Source: a virus (taxonomy: Duplodnaviria; Caudoviricetes). Taken from it: a stretch of 55,300 bases of DNA. The translations under genes and the position numbers were made by a program. The notes beneath the pieces were generated by a model. The model did no database searches. It saw only the letters and a list, made by a program, of their open reading frames with translations, and was not told where the DNA came from. Location: positions 1-55,300 of the IMG/VR virus record IMGVR_UViG_3300038797_000105. One strand, given 5' to 3'. Shown one piece after another: positions 26,146 through 35,097 of this stretch. How positions within the stretch are numbered: position 1 is the stretch's first letter; each line of letters starts with the position of its first letter.

Positions 26146-27461
26146 ATTCTCAGGGATTGGCTTGTGGTCGTCGCCACGTTGATCGGGTATCGCTTGGCGA
26201 TGAAGTAGCCGGCGGCGTCGTTCATGTGGTCATGGCCCTTCTTAGGGTCTTTGTCGGGTTCGCCATGCTTGTCGTAGGTCTGCCGCTCCAGGCAAAGCGT
26301 CAACTGTGGGCACTGGTCCATGTTGACCTTCAATCGGCGCTCGCCGTAGCTGTTCAGCAGCATGGCATTGACCGAGTTCACCCGGTCTTTGACGCTCGGG
26401 TTCTGGGTATCCACGATCACCGTGAATCCGGCCTTGCGCAGCAGGGAAAGATCCGACTCGCTGGCGTTTTTGCTACTGGTGTTCTGGCCACTGGCGTCGG
26501 GATAGACCGCTATGCCGTGACCGGGGAACCTGGCCTTGATCTTCTCGATCATCTCCGGCGTGTCACGAACCGAGTGGAACTCATCCAGGGCCAGGGGCAG
26601 GCCATCGCGGACGACATAGACCACCGCGGCCATCTTCATGACGTTGAAGTCCATGCCGATGTGCAAGGCCTCGCCCGGCTTGATTCGCTCGCTGGTGCGG
26701 CTCTCGCTTCGGCTGAAGGTGTAGTAAACGACCCCGGCATAGTTCTCGAAGCTGGCTTCGTACTCTTGCCGGAACGTGCGCGGGTCCATCTTTCGGCGTG
26801 CCGCGTCCAGCTCTTCAGCCGGTACGTTTCCGCCCTGCAGCGATGTGTAGAGCCAGCTCTTGTGGTCTGGCTCGCCACCGGTCTGGCCGTCGCGGTATGT
26901 GTCGAAGCAGTGGTTGAAGCCCTTTGGGGTGCCGATGCGCAGCGCATGACCGCCCTTGCACTTGCCGATGCCAGGTACGACGTACTCGCAGGTGGACAGC
27001 ATCGGTCGCAGGACTTCTTCCCAGGCAGCCCACTTACAGTCCGCCCATTCGTCCACCAGCACGAAAAACAGGCCGGAGCCGCGCAGGTCGTCGTAGTTCT
27101 CCAGGCCGACACAGCGAATCAGGTGACCGCTCTTGAGCGTGATCAGCATGTCCGACTCGTTCGGCTTGCACTCCCGCCACTCTCGCGGGATGGCCTGCTT
27201 CAGTCGGCGCCAGAACACTCGGCGGGCCTGCTTCTGCGTCGGGGCTGCGTACCAGATCTCATCCTCGACGCTCACGCCCCACTCTGCAGCCAGCCGCGCC
27301 GCGCGCCGCATCTCAGCCTTGCCGAGGAAGGTCTTGCCAAATCGACGCCCGCACACCGCGTCACGGAAGCGCGCGTTACGCTGAAATCCCCAGACGTAGA
27401 TGTTCGCCTGCTTAGGCGTCAGCTTGACCGGCGCCTCATAGGTACGGGGTAGCGGGGACAT
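26142..27461 (-). CDS. Terminase large subunit
   Basis: CGRRFGKT Walker A, VLVDE Walker B, IGMDFN nuclease, DH-NDAAGY. Confidence 0.95.
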   Translation of the reverse strand: MSPLPRTYEAPVKLTPKQANIYVWGFQRNARFRDAVCGRRFGKTFLGKAEMRRAARLAAEWGVSVEDEIWYAAPTQKQARRVFWRRLKQAIPREWRECKPNESDMLITLKSGHLIRCVGLENYDDLRGSGLFFVLVDEWADCKWAAWEEVLRPMLSTCEYVVPGIGKCKGGHALRIGTPKGFNHCFDTYRDGQTGGEPDHKSWLYTSLQGGNVPAEELDAARRKMDPRTFRQEYEASFENYAGVVYYTFSRSESRTSERIKPGEALHIGMDFNVMKMAAVVYVVRDGLPLALDEFHSVRDTPEMIEKIKARFPGHGIAVYPDASGQNTSSKNASESDLSLLRKAGFTVIVDTQNPSVKDRVNSVNAMLLNSYGERRLKVNMDQCPQLTLCLERQTYDKHGEPDKDPKKGHDHMNDAAGYFIAKRYPINVATTTSQSLRM

Positions 27462-27912
27462 TCTCATCAGGCTCCAGGGTGTACTCAGCAACTGCGTGTG
27501 GCTGATCCGCCTGGGAGCCCAGGGGCTTGTCGGGTTCGATCTTGCGGTTCACGTACATGTCGCCGCATTCCTTGGCCGCCTGCTCGTACAGCTGAGCGGT
27601 CAGTGCCAGGTTTCGCATGTTCTCGGCCTTCTCGGCCATTCGCCCAAGCCCGCGCAGCCGGAAAGCTCGGTTGGCGATTGGGATATCTGCCGTTTCTTCG
27701 CGAAAGCGCTTTCGGCATTCATGGAACAGGTCAGCCCACTTTTGGGCCAGGCCTCTGCCTGCATACTTGGTGGGGTCATGCGACTCGCACTGCTGGCGAC
27801 TCACCTCGACCCCGAATTCCTTCTTGACGGCTTCAGCAACCTGCGACGGTGTATCGAAGCAGGCCAGAGCCTGAACAATGAAGGCTTTGACCTCGCTTCG
27901 TAGTGCTGCCAT
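27436..27912 (-). CDS. Terminase small subunit (DUF2280-like)
   Basis: MAAL-EVKAFIVQALACFDTPSQV start; overlaps terL. Confidence 0.8.
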   Translation of the reverse strand: MAALRSEVKAFIVQALACFDTPSQVAEAVKKEFGVEVSRQQCESHDPTKYAGRGLAQKWADLFHECRKRFREETADIPIANRAFRLRGLGRMAEKAENMRNLALTAQLYEQAAKECGDMYVNRKIEPDKPLGSQADQPHAVAEYTLEPDENVPATPYL

Positions 27913-27942
27913 AGGGTTGTCATCCGTCAGGACCCGTCAAAA

Positions 27943-28551
27943 TCAGGCCGACTTTAGTAGGCAGGTTCCGCAGGCCCTCGAAATGTTGATCTTGGCCACC
28001 TCAGGCGGCCGGCTTGCAGCGTCGATCAGCTGCTGTACGTCGTGGCTGGCACCGTAGCGGCGAACCACGCCGATGAACTCTTCGACGTCGTGCCCGCGCA
28101 TCTCCAGCTTGGGCATGCCGTCCTGGGTGAACTTGGGCGCACCGTACTGATCAGTCGCTTGGGCGATGTGGTAGAGCTCGTGCTCGACCAGGGCGCAGAA
28201 CTCTGCCTCGGTGCACTGGGCGCAGTAGTCGCCGGCCAGGGTAATGAGGAATTCTGGCTCTTCGCCGAACCAATCCCGCATCTGCTGCTCTTGCCGTGCC
28301 TTCTGCCATCCGCCAGCGCGGAACATCAGCTGCTCGGCCTGGCCGAGGACTACCCGCCCCTGTTTCGCGAACCCAGTCGAGGCCCAGAGCACGCCGACGT
28401 TGGCGTCGATCAGGTGGGCATGCTCGGGGTTATGGATGCTGCCAGTGTCGGCAAGGATCTCGGCCTGGACCCAGTCCCACACACCGGTTGCCGGTTGCAG
28501 GGTAAGCCACAGGGATTCGAGCAGGTCTACCGGCGGCATTGGTCTGCTCAT
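27943..28551 (-). CDS. Putative phage metallopeptidase
   Basis: HELYH and HDVEEF motifs. Confidence 0.8.
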   Translation of the reverse strand: MSRPMPPVDLLESLWLTLQPATGVWDWVQAEILADTGSIHNPEHAHLIDANVGVLWASTGFAKQGRVVLGQAEQLMFRAGGWQKARQEQQMRDWFGEEPEFLITLAGDYCAQCTEAEFCALVEHELYHIAQATDQYGAPKFTQDGMPKLEMRGHDVEEFIGVVRRYGASHDVQQLIDAASRPPEVAKINISRACGTCLLKSA

Positions 28552-28560
28552 CTCTTAGCC

Positions 28561-28983
28561 TCAGAATATCGGGTAGGTGGACGCCAGCTTAACGCCAATG
28601 TGACAAGCGAAAGCGAGGAAGATCGTCCTGTTACGCCATCGATAAAAGAAACCGGTTTTGTCGCCGATTCCTTTGGTGGCTTCAAGGGCCTTGGAGAAAT
28701 CTCTACCTGGGTTTCCTGCGCACAGCTCTAGGTAGCGAGCGTTCATCTTTAGGAGGTGAATTGTCCAGGCGATCCGCTTGAAACCCAACCATGCAGACAG
28801 GACAAGCACCAGAAGCGGCAGAAGCAACAAGGTCTCTTCATTCCAACCCAGCTGTGCATACTTCTGCGTCTGTGCGAGGTATGCGGACGCCGCCAGTGTT
28901 GCCCCCAACACGAACTGGTCGAAGTTCAGGCTTCCCTTGTAGTAATGGTCATCTAAAGCAGTCACTCGCGGATCTTCAATCAT
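28561..28983 (-). CDS. Membrane protein moron
   Basis: GGAG RBS; 2-3 hydrophobic segments; lower GC. Confidence 0.65.
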   Translation of the reverse strand: MIEDPRVTALDDHYYKGSLNFDQFVLGATLAASAYLAQTQKYAQLGWNEETLLLLPLLVLVLSAWLGFKRIAWTIHLLKMNARYLELCAGNPGRDFSKALEATKGIGDKTGFFYRWRNRTIFLAFACHIGVKLASTYPIF

Positions 28984-29016
28984 GCTTGGCTCCCCGCCCT
29001 GTACGAGGCGAGAATG

Positions 29017-29208
29017 TTACCGCGTCACCATCTTGTGCGTCTCGGCATAGGCATGACCATGCAGCAGGCCAACCAGCAGCCCCTGCGGAAGGCCGGCTTC
29101 CTTGGCGGCATCAATCGCCTTCACCAGGGCAGCATCGAGCTCGGCAACCGCGTGGACGATATCCATGCCGACCGGGAGCTCATGGCGTATGCGAGTGACG
29201 TTGTTCAT
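29017..29208 (-). CDS. Small hypothetical protein
   Basis: 63 aa, GAGG RBS. Confidence 0.65.
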   Translation of the reverse strand: MNNVTRIRHELPVGMDIVHAVAELDAALVKAIDAAKEAGLPQGLLVGLLHGHAYAETHKMVTR

Positions 29209-29369
29209 TCGGGATGAACCTCAATCTTGATGCCGCGGCCCACCCAGTAACTGACACGCTCCGGGCATGGCTCACGACCGGTCAGTTGTGCCAGGGCCAG
29301 AACACCGGCCAAGTAGTACTTCAGCCACCACCGCTGGCGGCAGACGATATGAGCAGTTACCGAAGCCAT
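29205..29369 (-). CDS. Small hypothetical protein (MASVTAHIVCRQRWWLKYYL...)
   Basis: GAGGA RBS; ATGA-coupled to next gene. Confidence 0.55.
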   Translation of the reverse strand: MASVTAHIVCRQRWWLKYYLAGVLALAQLTGREPCPERVSYWVGRGIKIEVHPE

Positions 29370-29380
29370 TGGCCATTCCT

Positions 29381-29417
29381 CGCGCCACGAAATGGCGCCT
29401 ATCGAATTTGTGGTGCG
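29381..29417. repeat. Bipartite palindrome copy 2
   Basis: CGCGCCACGAAAT-N11-AATTTGTGGTGCG. Confidence 0.85.
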
Positions 29418-29419
29418 GA

Positions 29420-29767
29420 CTAGCGCTTGCGCCGCTCGATGCCTCTCGGCCCATACCGGCAATCCTTCAGGCAGTGCTCGCAGCGCAGGGCCTGGCAGAG
29501 CCACACCTGCACACGCGGCCACCAGGTGACCATGAAAATGTGCCGCACCCCGGCCATGGCCAGAGTGGCGTGCATGGTGAGTACCGCCGTGGTCTGGCCG
29601 AAGAACAGGCTCTGATTGCGGGCCATCACGACAAACCCGCTGATGGCGATCGCCGAATAGATCAGCTTGCCGATCACCCCGTCGCGCACCCTTCCGCTCA
29701 GTACGCACCAGGTTGCCCAGAAGGCGATCAGGCCGCAGGCGATGGTGTTGATGGTTTCAAGGCTCAT
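29420..29767 (-). CDS. Holin-associated membrane protein (holin/antiholin candidate)
   Basis: Three TM segments; coupled to upstream holin. Confidence 0.65.
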   Translation of the reverse strand: MSLETINTIACGLIAFWATWCVLSGRVRDGVIGKLIYSAIAISGFVVMARNQSLFFGQTTAVLTMHATLAMAGVRHIFMVTWWPRVQVWLCQALRCEHCLKDCRYGPRGIERRKR

Positions 29768-30093
29768 GGCTGGTTGCCTCCCCCGAACCTCTGGCGGATA
29801 AGCGCCCAAAGGTCAGCGGCTTTGATTGCTCGGTTGATGGCGGCAAGTAGGGAGCCACCGAAGGTGCCGAGCAGGAAGCCAACACCAGCGACGGTATTCG
29901 GCTCGGTGACGCCCAGGTATGAACTGACCATCCCCGTCAGGTACAGCGCGCATGCCACACCGGTGATCAGGAAGATCATCCAGGCGCGCCAGTCGGTCAG
30001 GTCGTCTTTGTGCCACCAACTGGCGACGATAACCCCGAATAGGCCCGCAATTAGCAGATCAAGCCTGTCGAGCAGGCGATGAAAATTCTCCAT
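29764..30093 (-). CDS. Holin
   Basis: Three TM segments, basic C-terminus, first late membrane gene. Confidence 0.7.
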   Translation of the reverse strand: MENFHRLLDRLDLLIAGLFGVIVASWWHKDDLTDWRAWMIFLITGVACALYLTGMVSSYLGVTEPNTVAGVGFLLGTFGGSLLAAINRAIKAADLWALIRQRFGGGNQP

Positions 30094-30282
30094 GCGCTCG
30101 ACTCCGGGGGCATGCTTAGAATGGGTAGCCTAGGCAGCACTCCCTGCTCAGAGCGAAGAGTGCGGCAGGACCGAAAAGAAAAGGCCCAGCGCGATGGCAA
30201 GACCTGGAAGCTTTACTTGAGCTAGAGTCGCACTTTTCTGCTAAGAGCCCCACGCTAGGGGGCCCAAAGCATTCAGCAGAGC

Positions 30283-30615
30283 TTACGCAACAGTGCCATC
30301 AGGGTTCAGAAAGTCCCAGCGAATGAGAGCCGGAATGTTGTAGGTCTGGGTGAGCTGCATATAAACCCCAAGCCCGGCAGGAATGATGATGGGCTGAAAG
30401 CCCGCCTCACCCTGAGAAATGATAGGCAGATCCCTGGACGAGGTAGTCGTCGGGGCTGTCACGCCAACGCTTACGATGTTATTGGCCCAGGTACGCAGAT
30501 CGTATAGCACAATGCCGTTAACATTTTCTTCTGGCTTAAACAGCGTGCCAACGCTGGCGGCCATACCGCTGAAGGACAGATTTTTGAAGTGCTTGCCGAG
30601 GACTCGTACAGTCAT
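30283..30615 (-). CDS. Unknown beta-rich 110-aa protein downstream of com
   Basis: AGGTG RBS, 8 bp after com stop. Confidence 0.75.
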   Translation of the reverse strand: MTVRVLGKHFKNLSFSGMAASVGTLFKPEENVNGIVLYDLRTWANNIVSVGVTAPTTTSSRDLPIISQGEAGFQPIIIPAGLGVYMQLTQTYNIPALIRWDFLNPDGTVA

Positions 30616-30623
30616 TTTGTCAC

Positions 30624-30809
30624 CTATTGAGTAGAATGATTAATCGCGGAGAATTCCGCTTTCATGTCGCTCACAGGCGATAGCTCGGGGCTAGCGGCCC
30701 TCACATGATTCAGCGTCCCACATCGGGAGCACTTGATCTGGAGCTGAGTGATTCCCGCCGCTCGGGCGAGGAGTCGTTTGCAATTACCGCAACGGATATC
30801 TCTAAGCAT
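30624..30809 (-). CDS. com: Mu Com-family zinc-finger regulator
   Basis: IRCGNCKRLLA...IKCSRCGTLN. Confidence 0.88.
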   Translation of the reverse strand: MLRDIRCGNCKRLLARAAGITQLQIKCSRCGTLNHVRAASPELSPVSDMKAEFSAINHSTQ

Positions 30810-30845
30810 CTGCAAAGCCTTAAGTTTTTCTGCTAGGCTCCGCCC

Positions 30846-30950
30846 CGCTCGCGCGAGCAGTGAGGGCCTTGGCTGGCTTGCAGGTACAGTCTGCGATCTG
30901 GCGTCTCCCTTGGGTGTTACAGCACCCTCTGGAGTCGCCCTCTCTTTTTC
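30846..30950 (+). ncRNA. Candidate antisense sRNA to com leader
   Basis: TGcTAGGCT extended -10 at 30831-30839; long 3' hairpin with GGGTGTTACAGCACCC and T run. Confidence 0.45.
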
Positions 30951-31008
30951 TCGCCGCACAAATGACAAAGCCCCGACTAGTTCGGGGCTTTTGCTTTTCT
31001 GCGGGCAC

Positions 31009-31104
31009 AAAAAAACCGGCGCTTTGGCCGGTTTCTAGATGAGCTTGCCGAAGGCAAAACTCTAACAATGGACAAATAGTGCCACCACGCGTGCGGGAAC
31101 GCAA
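31009..31104 (-). promoter_or_regulatory. Late promoter pR'-like element followed by terminator
   Basis: TTGCGT-17bp-CACTAT just after Q stop; AAACCGGC..GCCGGTTTTTTTT hairpin; second hairpin 30968-30992. Confidence 0.5.
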
Positions 31105-31111
31105 TAGGCCC

Positions 31112-31702
31112 TCATGCGGCCTCCTTCATTTCGTAAATTGTGGCCGCCACCGGCGACAGTGCACGCTTGTCGATGTCCTCGCAGACCTCGAAGCAGATCT
31201 GTACGAAAGGTTCCCAGTCACGAGTCCAAGCGCAAGCCGGAAGGCTCACCCCGTACTCTTCGTCAATCCAGCGCTTGAACCACTCGGGGCTGGCAAACGG
31301 ATCCTGTGCCGAAGACTGCCCGCCCTGGTGCATGCGGCGGTACCGGAACATCACGCCCTTGGCCACGTACTCGCAGCGTTCGCGCTTGGCGGCGGTCATT
31401 CGCCCGGACCTGGCCATCGCCATGCCGAAGATCACTTCCTCTGCCACCTCGCGCTCATCGTCGCTGCAGCTCGGGGCATACATGAAATTGCCGAAGGCCC
31501 GTAGGCTTCCGGGGAGCTTGAAGATTGCAGCCTGCACCCCACCGGCCAAGGCCTGGTGCACCGCATGGCTGGCCTTGCGCTGCTTCTCGGTGGTCTGCAC
31601 CATCGCGCCCAGCAGCCCAAGCTGCTCGATGAATGAACCCTGGCTATCCCAGGCCGTGTACAGGCAGTCGTGCCAGGCCTGACGCGCGCTGTTCAGTTGC
31701 AT
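31112..31702 (-). CDS. Late antitermination protein Q-like
   Basis: Position after nin genes and before late promoter; GGAGG RBS. Confidence 0.6.
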   Translation of the reverse strand: MQLNSARQAWHDCLYTAWDSQGSFIEQLGLLGAMVQTTEKQRKASHAVHQALAGGVQAAIFKLPGSLRAFGNFMYAPSCSDDEREVAEEVIFGMAMARSGRMTAAKRERCEYVAKGVMFRYRRMHQGGQSSAQDPFASPEWFKRWIDEEYGVSLPACAWTRDWEPFVQICFEVCEDIDKRALSPVAATIYEMKEAA

Positions 31703-31824
31703 GGGCCGCCCTCCTCGCGCTTGCGCTTCGCCGCCGTGCGCATACCCCACACGATGCACAGCGAACCGAGGATCGCCATTGCCAGGAGCAGGACCTGGCC
31801 GGTATCAGTGGATGTCCAGGTCAT
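31693..31824 (-). CDS. 43-aa single-TM peptide
   Basis: ATGA-coupled to ninG; read manually. Confidence 0.45.
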   Translation of the reverse strand: MTWTSTDTGQVLLLAMAILGSLCIVWGMRTAAKRKREEGGPCN

Positions 31825-32402
31825 GCTGCTTGCTCCTTCAGATGTTTGATCTTTGCCCGGTACTCGGCATTGATGGCCTTCAGGTCGTCGATGGTGTAGC
31901 GCTTGGCCTCATGAGGCCCTTCGATCCAATCAACCCGCTCTTGACCAATGCGGCGGATCAGCTCGAGGCGGTACTCGACAATGTTTCCTGAAAGCTGCGT
32001 ATTGCATGGCGAGCACTGCTTGTGCACGTTGAGCGGATCAAAGCGCAACTCAGGGCATGCAGCGGTCGTGCGGTAATGCCCGGCGTCATACTTGCCCTGG
32101 TGGTGCCGGCCGCAGCTGATGCATGGCTGCGCTTCGTCGCGCAGGCGCACCCACTGGTTGAACACGGCCTGGGCTTCTTTCACGTAGTCAGCCCGGCTCT
32201 TGAGCTTCTGCTTGCGCACCTGGATCTCTTGGCGCTCACGCTGGGCGATCGCCTTCCGCGCCACCGCCTGGTTCTCCGGTTTCTTCGCCAGCTCCAGAGC
32301 GCACTTCACCCCGCACGCTTTCTGCGTCGACAGCGATGGCCGGAACTTGCCGCCGCAGGACTTGCAGGTCTTCTGCTTCACTTCCTTGAGAGCTGTCCTC
32401 AC
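31821..32402 (-). CDS. ninG: NinG/Rap recombination endonuclease
   Basis: CISCG, DAGHYR, NVHKQC-PCN motifs. Confidence 0.9.
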   Translation of the reverse strand: MRTALKEVKQKTCKSCGGKFRPSLSTQKACGVKCALELAKKPENQAVARKAIAQRERQEIQVRKQKLKSRADYVKEAQAVFNQWVRLRDEAQPCISCGRHHQGKYDAGHYRTTAACPELRFDPLNVHKQCSPCNTQLSGNIVEYRLELIRRIGQERVDWIEGPHEAKRYTIDDLKAINAEYRAKIKHLKEQAA

Positions 32403-32869
32403 GCAGCGGCCTCCCCAAGCAGGTCAGCGAAGTGCACGCCGCGGGCGGCAAACTCCTCGACGATCCGGTCCGTGTAATGGCAACCCTGCGCGCGGTCGAA
32501 TAGGCGAGTGACCGGGAAGCCGTCCGGCCCGAACATGGCGCATGGACCCATCAGGCGCAGCTTCACGTCGTAGTCCAGGTGGATGAACGACTCCGCCCAG
32601 CCGGTGCGGAACTCAGCGCAGCCGGCGCGCATGATCGGCACGCCCAGGTGCAGCTTGCAGTACCGGCGCACGTCCTCGATGTCACCCATCTCGGTGCTCT
32701 TGGCGATGCGCTCGTACATCGCAAACCACAGTGCGTTCTGGTCCAGAGTGCGGTCCTTACCCGGACGCATGCTCACCACGACGAATTTCTTCTCGCGGAA
32801 CAGCCGGGTCAGCATGGTGATGGCCTCCGATAGCTTGGCCTGGCTGTTTACGCTGATCTTCTCGGTCAT
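32399..32869 (-). CDS. NinB-like protein
   Basis: RTLDQNAL motif; nin region. Confidence 0.6.
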   Translation of the reverse strand: MTEKISVNSQAKLSEAITMLTRLFREKKFVVVSMRPGKDRTLDQNALWFAMYERIAKSTEMGDIEDVRRYCKLHLGVPIMRAGCAEFRTGWAESFIHLDYDVKLRLMGPCAMFGPDGFPVTRLFDRAQGCHYTDRIVEEFAARGVHFADLLGEAAA

Positions 32870-33105
32870 GGCATCACCTCAAAGTCAGCGAGGATCCGTG
32901 CATAGGTCTTCCAATGGCTGCGCGCTGTCCAGTCGCATCCGGCCGGCTCAAGGTACGCGGCGGGCTTATGGCCGATTTCCTCACCACTTGGATAACGGAC
33001 GAGGTAGATCCCGCCATCGCGCTTGCGCCGCAGTTTCTTCCCCTTCAAGTGGGCCAACTCGTCAGGCCATTCCTGCATCCCGCTGAATTTTTCAAATGAG
33101 GACAT
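32866..33105 (-). CDS. Hypothetical protein
   Basis: 79 aa between P and ninB. Confidence 0.55.
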   Translation of the reverse strand: MSSFEKFSGMQEWPDELAHLKGKKLRRKRDGGIYLVRYPSGEEIGHKPAAYLEPAGCDWTARSHWKTYARILADFEVMP

Positions 33106-33110
33106 TAGGC

Positions 33111-33836
33111 TCACACCCCCTCCCCGGCCGGCTGCCCGGCGCGCTTGATGTTCAACTTGGCCAGCAGGTGTGCACGGCACGCTGCGGCGCTCGATGGGAT
33201 CTGCTGCAGGTCCAGCAGGCGGGCCTGGCGCTGGTTGGCGTACTCGTCGGCCAGCTCGATCAGGCTCTTCTGGCTGTCGTGACCGATGCCCGTGGCGATC
33301 TTGCCGTCCAGTGGCTGGCCTTCCTTCGCCCGGCGCAGCACGATCTCGTAGGCACGGTCGAAGCGCGCCTGCAGACCCTTGTCGTTCTGCTGGGCAGAGC
33401 GCAGGTCGAACAGGCCAGTGGCCACGGCGGCGATCTTCACGCCTTCGTGGCTGTAGACGCCCATCAGCGCCTCAACCCAGGCAGCAGCCGGAGCCGGCAT
33501 GCCGAAGTCCTCGGGCGTCGGCTGGCACATGGAGATGAACTCGCCCACGCTCGGCGCGAAGGGCTTCTTGAGCTTGCGGCACTTCTCGATACCGAACTCG
33601 ATCTGCTCGATCGTGCGGATGCCCTCGGCGGCGAACTCCTTGATCCACTCCTCCTTGGCAGCGGCCAGGGCCTCGGTGGATGGCCAGGCTTGGCGCCAGG
33701 CCGGGAAGATGCCGCGCAGGCGACGGAACAGGCCGTTGACCACCTCGGCAGTCTCCAGGGAAACCACCACCGGCCCACCGTGAAGCTCTGGCGGACGGTT
33801 CTGCATGACCGCCATCAGTTCGTTTGCTGATTTCAT
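33111..33836 (-). CDS. Replication protein P-like helicase loader
   Basis: IFPAW and PFAPSVGEFI-MC motifs. Confidence 0.85.
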   Translation of the reverse strand: MKSANELMAVMQNRPPELHGGPVVVSLETAEVVNGLFRRLRGIFPAWRQAWPSTEALAAAKEEWIKEFAAEGIRTIEQIEFGIEKCRKLKKPFAPSVGEFISMCQPTPEDFGMPAPAAAWVEALMGVYSHEGVKIAAVATGLFDLRSAQQNDKGLQARFDRAYEIVLRRAKEGQPLDGKIATGIGHDSQKSLIELADEYANQRQARLLDLQQIPSSAAACRAHLLAKLNIKRAGQPAGEGV

Positions 33837-34570
33837 GTGCGCACCATCAGCCCTTCGGCCCAGGATGAGTCGTTGAAGTCGGGTTCGTTGCTTTGGCGGC
33901 TACCGCGCGGCTGGGCACCAGGCAGCACCTTCTCCGGGAACAGGCCGGTCCAGCCGTTGCTGATGGACTGGTTGATCACGGCGTCGGGTGCGTGGTGGCC
34001 GGCCAGGGTCTTGGCCTGCTTCGCGCAGGTGGTGGCCGTCAGCGGTTTGCGGATCTCTCTGCGGTGCTGGCACCAGTCGGCCCAGGTCTGCTCGCTCACG
34101 TTGGCGGGCTTGCAGGTCATTGGGTCAAACTTCGGGGTCTTCTTCTTCGCCGAGGGAGCGGCAGCGACCGTCTGCTCTACTGGTTCAGTGACTGGTTCAA
34201 AAGAGTGACTGGTTCTGGTGCTTTCTGGGCCTACAGGGGGTGTAGGCTGTGGGCCTACACCTGTGCTTTCTGGGCCTACAGGGGTGCTGTTTTGGCCTAC
34301 AGGGTTACGCAAGGTCAGGTAGTACAGGTTGGTGGAGTTGCCCTTCGGCCCTTCGCGGTTTTCGATGCGCACCAGGCCCTGGGCCTCCAAGTGCTTGATG
34401 TGCTTGCGAACGGTGCTCCGGTCGATCTCGCATTGATCGGCGATGTGCTGATACGACGGCCAGCACTCGCCCTGGTCGCTTGCGTTGTCGGCCAGTTTGA
34501 TCAGCACCAGCTTGCGCAGCGGATTGCCGACCTTAGTCTTCATGGCCTTGACCATCAGCTCCATGCTCAC
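33833..34570 (-). CDS. Replication initiator (O-like, HTH_36)
   Basis: KLVLIKLADNA-DQGECWPSY; SISNGWTGLF. Confidence 0.88.
   Translation of the reverse strand: MSMELMVKAMKTKVGNPLRKLVLIKLADNASDQGECWPSYQHIADQCEIDRSTVRKHIKHLEAQGLVRIENREGPKGNSTNLYYLTLRNPVGQNSTPVGPESTGVGPQPTPPVGPESTRTSHSFEPVTEPVEQTVAAAPSAKKKTPKFDPMTCKPANVSEQTWADWCQHRREIRKPLTATTCAKQAKTLAGHHAPDAVINQSISNGWTGLFPEKVLPGAQPRGSRQSNEPDFNDSSWAEGLMVRT
34178..34303. repeat. Replication origin iterons inside initiator gene
   Basis: Four (T)GGCCTACA repeats including two GTGCTTTCTGGGCCTACAGGGG; three ACTGGTTC. Confidence 0.75.
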
Positions 34571-35097
34571 TGGGCACGCCCCTTAGCCATGGCTGCGTAA
34601 TCCGCCTCTTTGGCGGACGAGAAGAAGCCTGAGCCCACAACCTCTTCGTAGATCTTGCGCATATCACTCAGCGCACACTCGACCATGCGAGCATGACTTA
34701 CACCATGATTCGCTCGCTGCATCAGTGGCTGGTCGTAGTAGCCCGGTACCCCAAGGCCATGGTCGTGCCGGATGGCCATACTCATGAGCAGTCCTGGGGT
34801 TGGCGCAACTGGCACCAGGACCATTCCATCGAGGACTGCACGCAAGCTTTCATTTTCCAGCGCTACAGAAGCGTTTACCGAACTCCTGCAGTCACGGAGG
34901 TTTTCGTTCTCCTCAGCCAGCCGTTCGATCTCCGCGATCAGGGCCAGGATTGTCTTCGGCATCGCCTGCTGAAGGTAATCCTGCACCACCTTGATCTCAG
35001 CAGGGTCCGCGCCAACGGCCATAGTGATATGTACGTTGGTCGTGACCGCGTCAGCGGCCTTGGCCAGCGCCTTAAGCTTCTCCTTGTCGACGCTCAT
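34567..35097 (-). CDS. Ead/Ea22-like hypothetical protein
   Basis: DKEKLKALA...PKTILALIAEIERL. Confidence 0.65.
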   Translation of the reverse strand: MSVDKEKLKALAKAADAVTTNVHITMAVGADPAEIKVVQDYLQQAMPKTILALIAEIERLAEENENLRDCRSSVNASVALENESLRAVLDGMVLVPVAPTPGLLMSMAIRHDHGLGVPGYYDQPLMQRANHGVSHARMVECALSDMRKIYEEVVGSGFFSSAKEADYAAMAKGRAQ

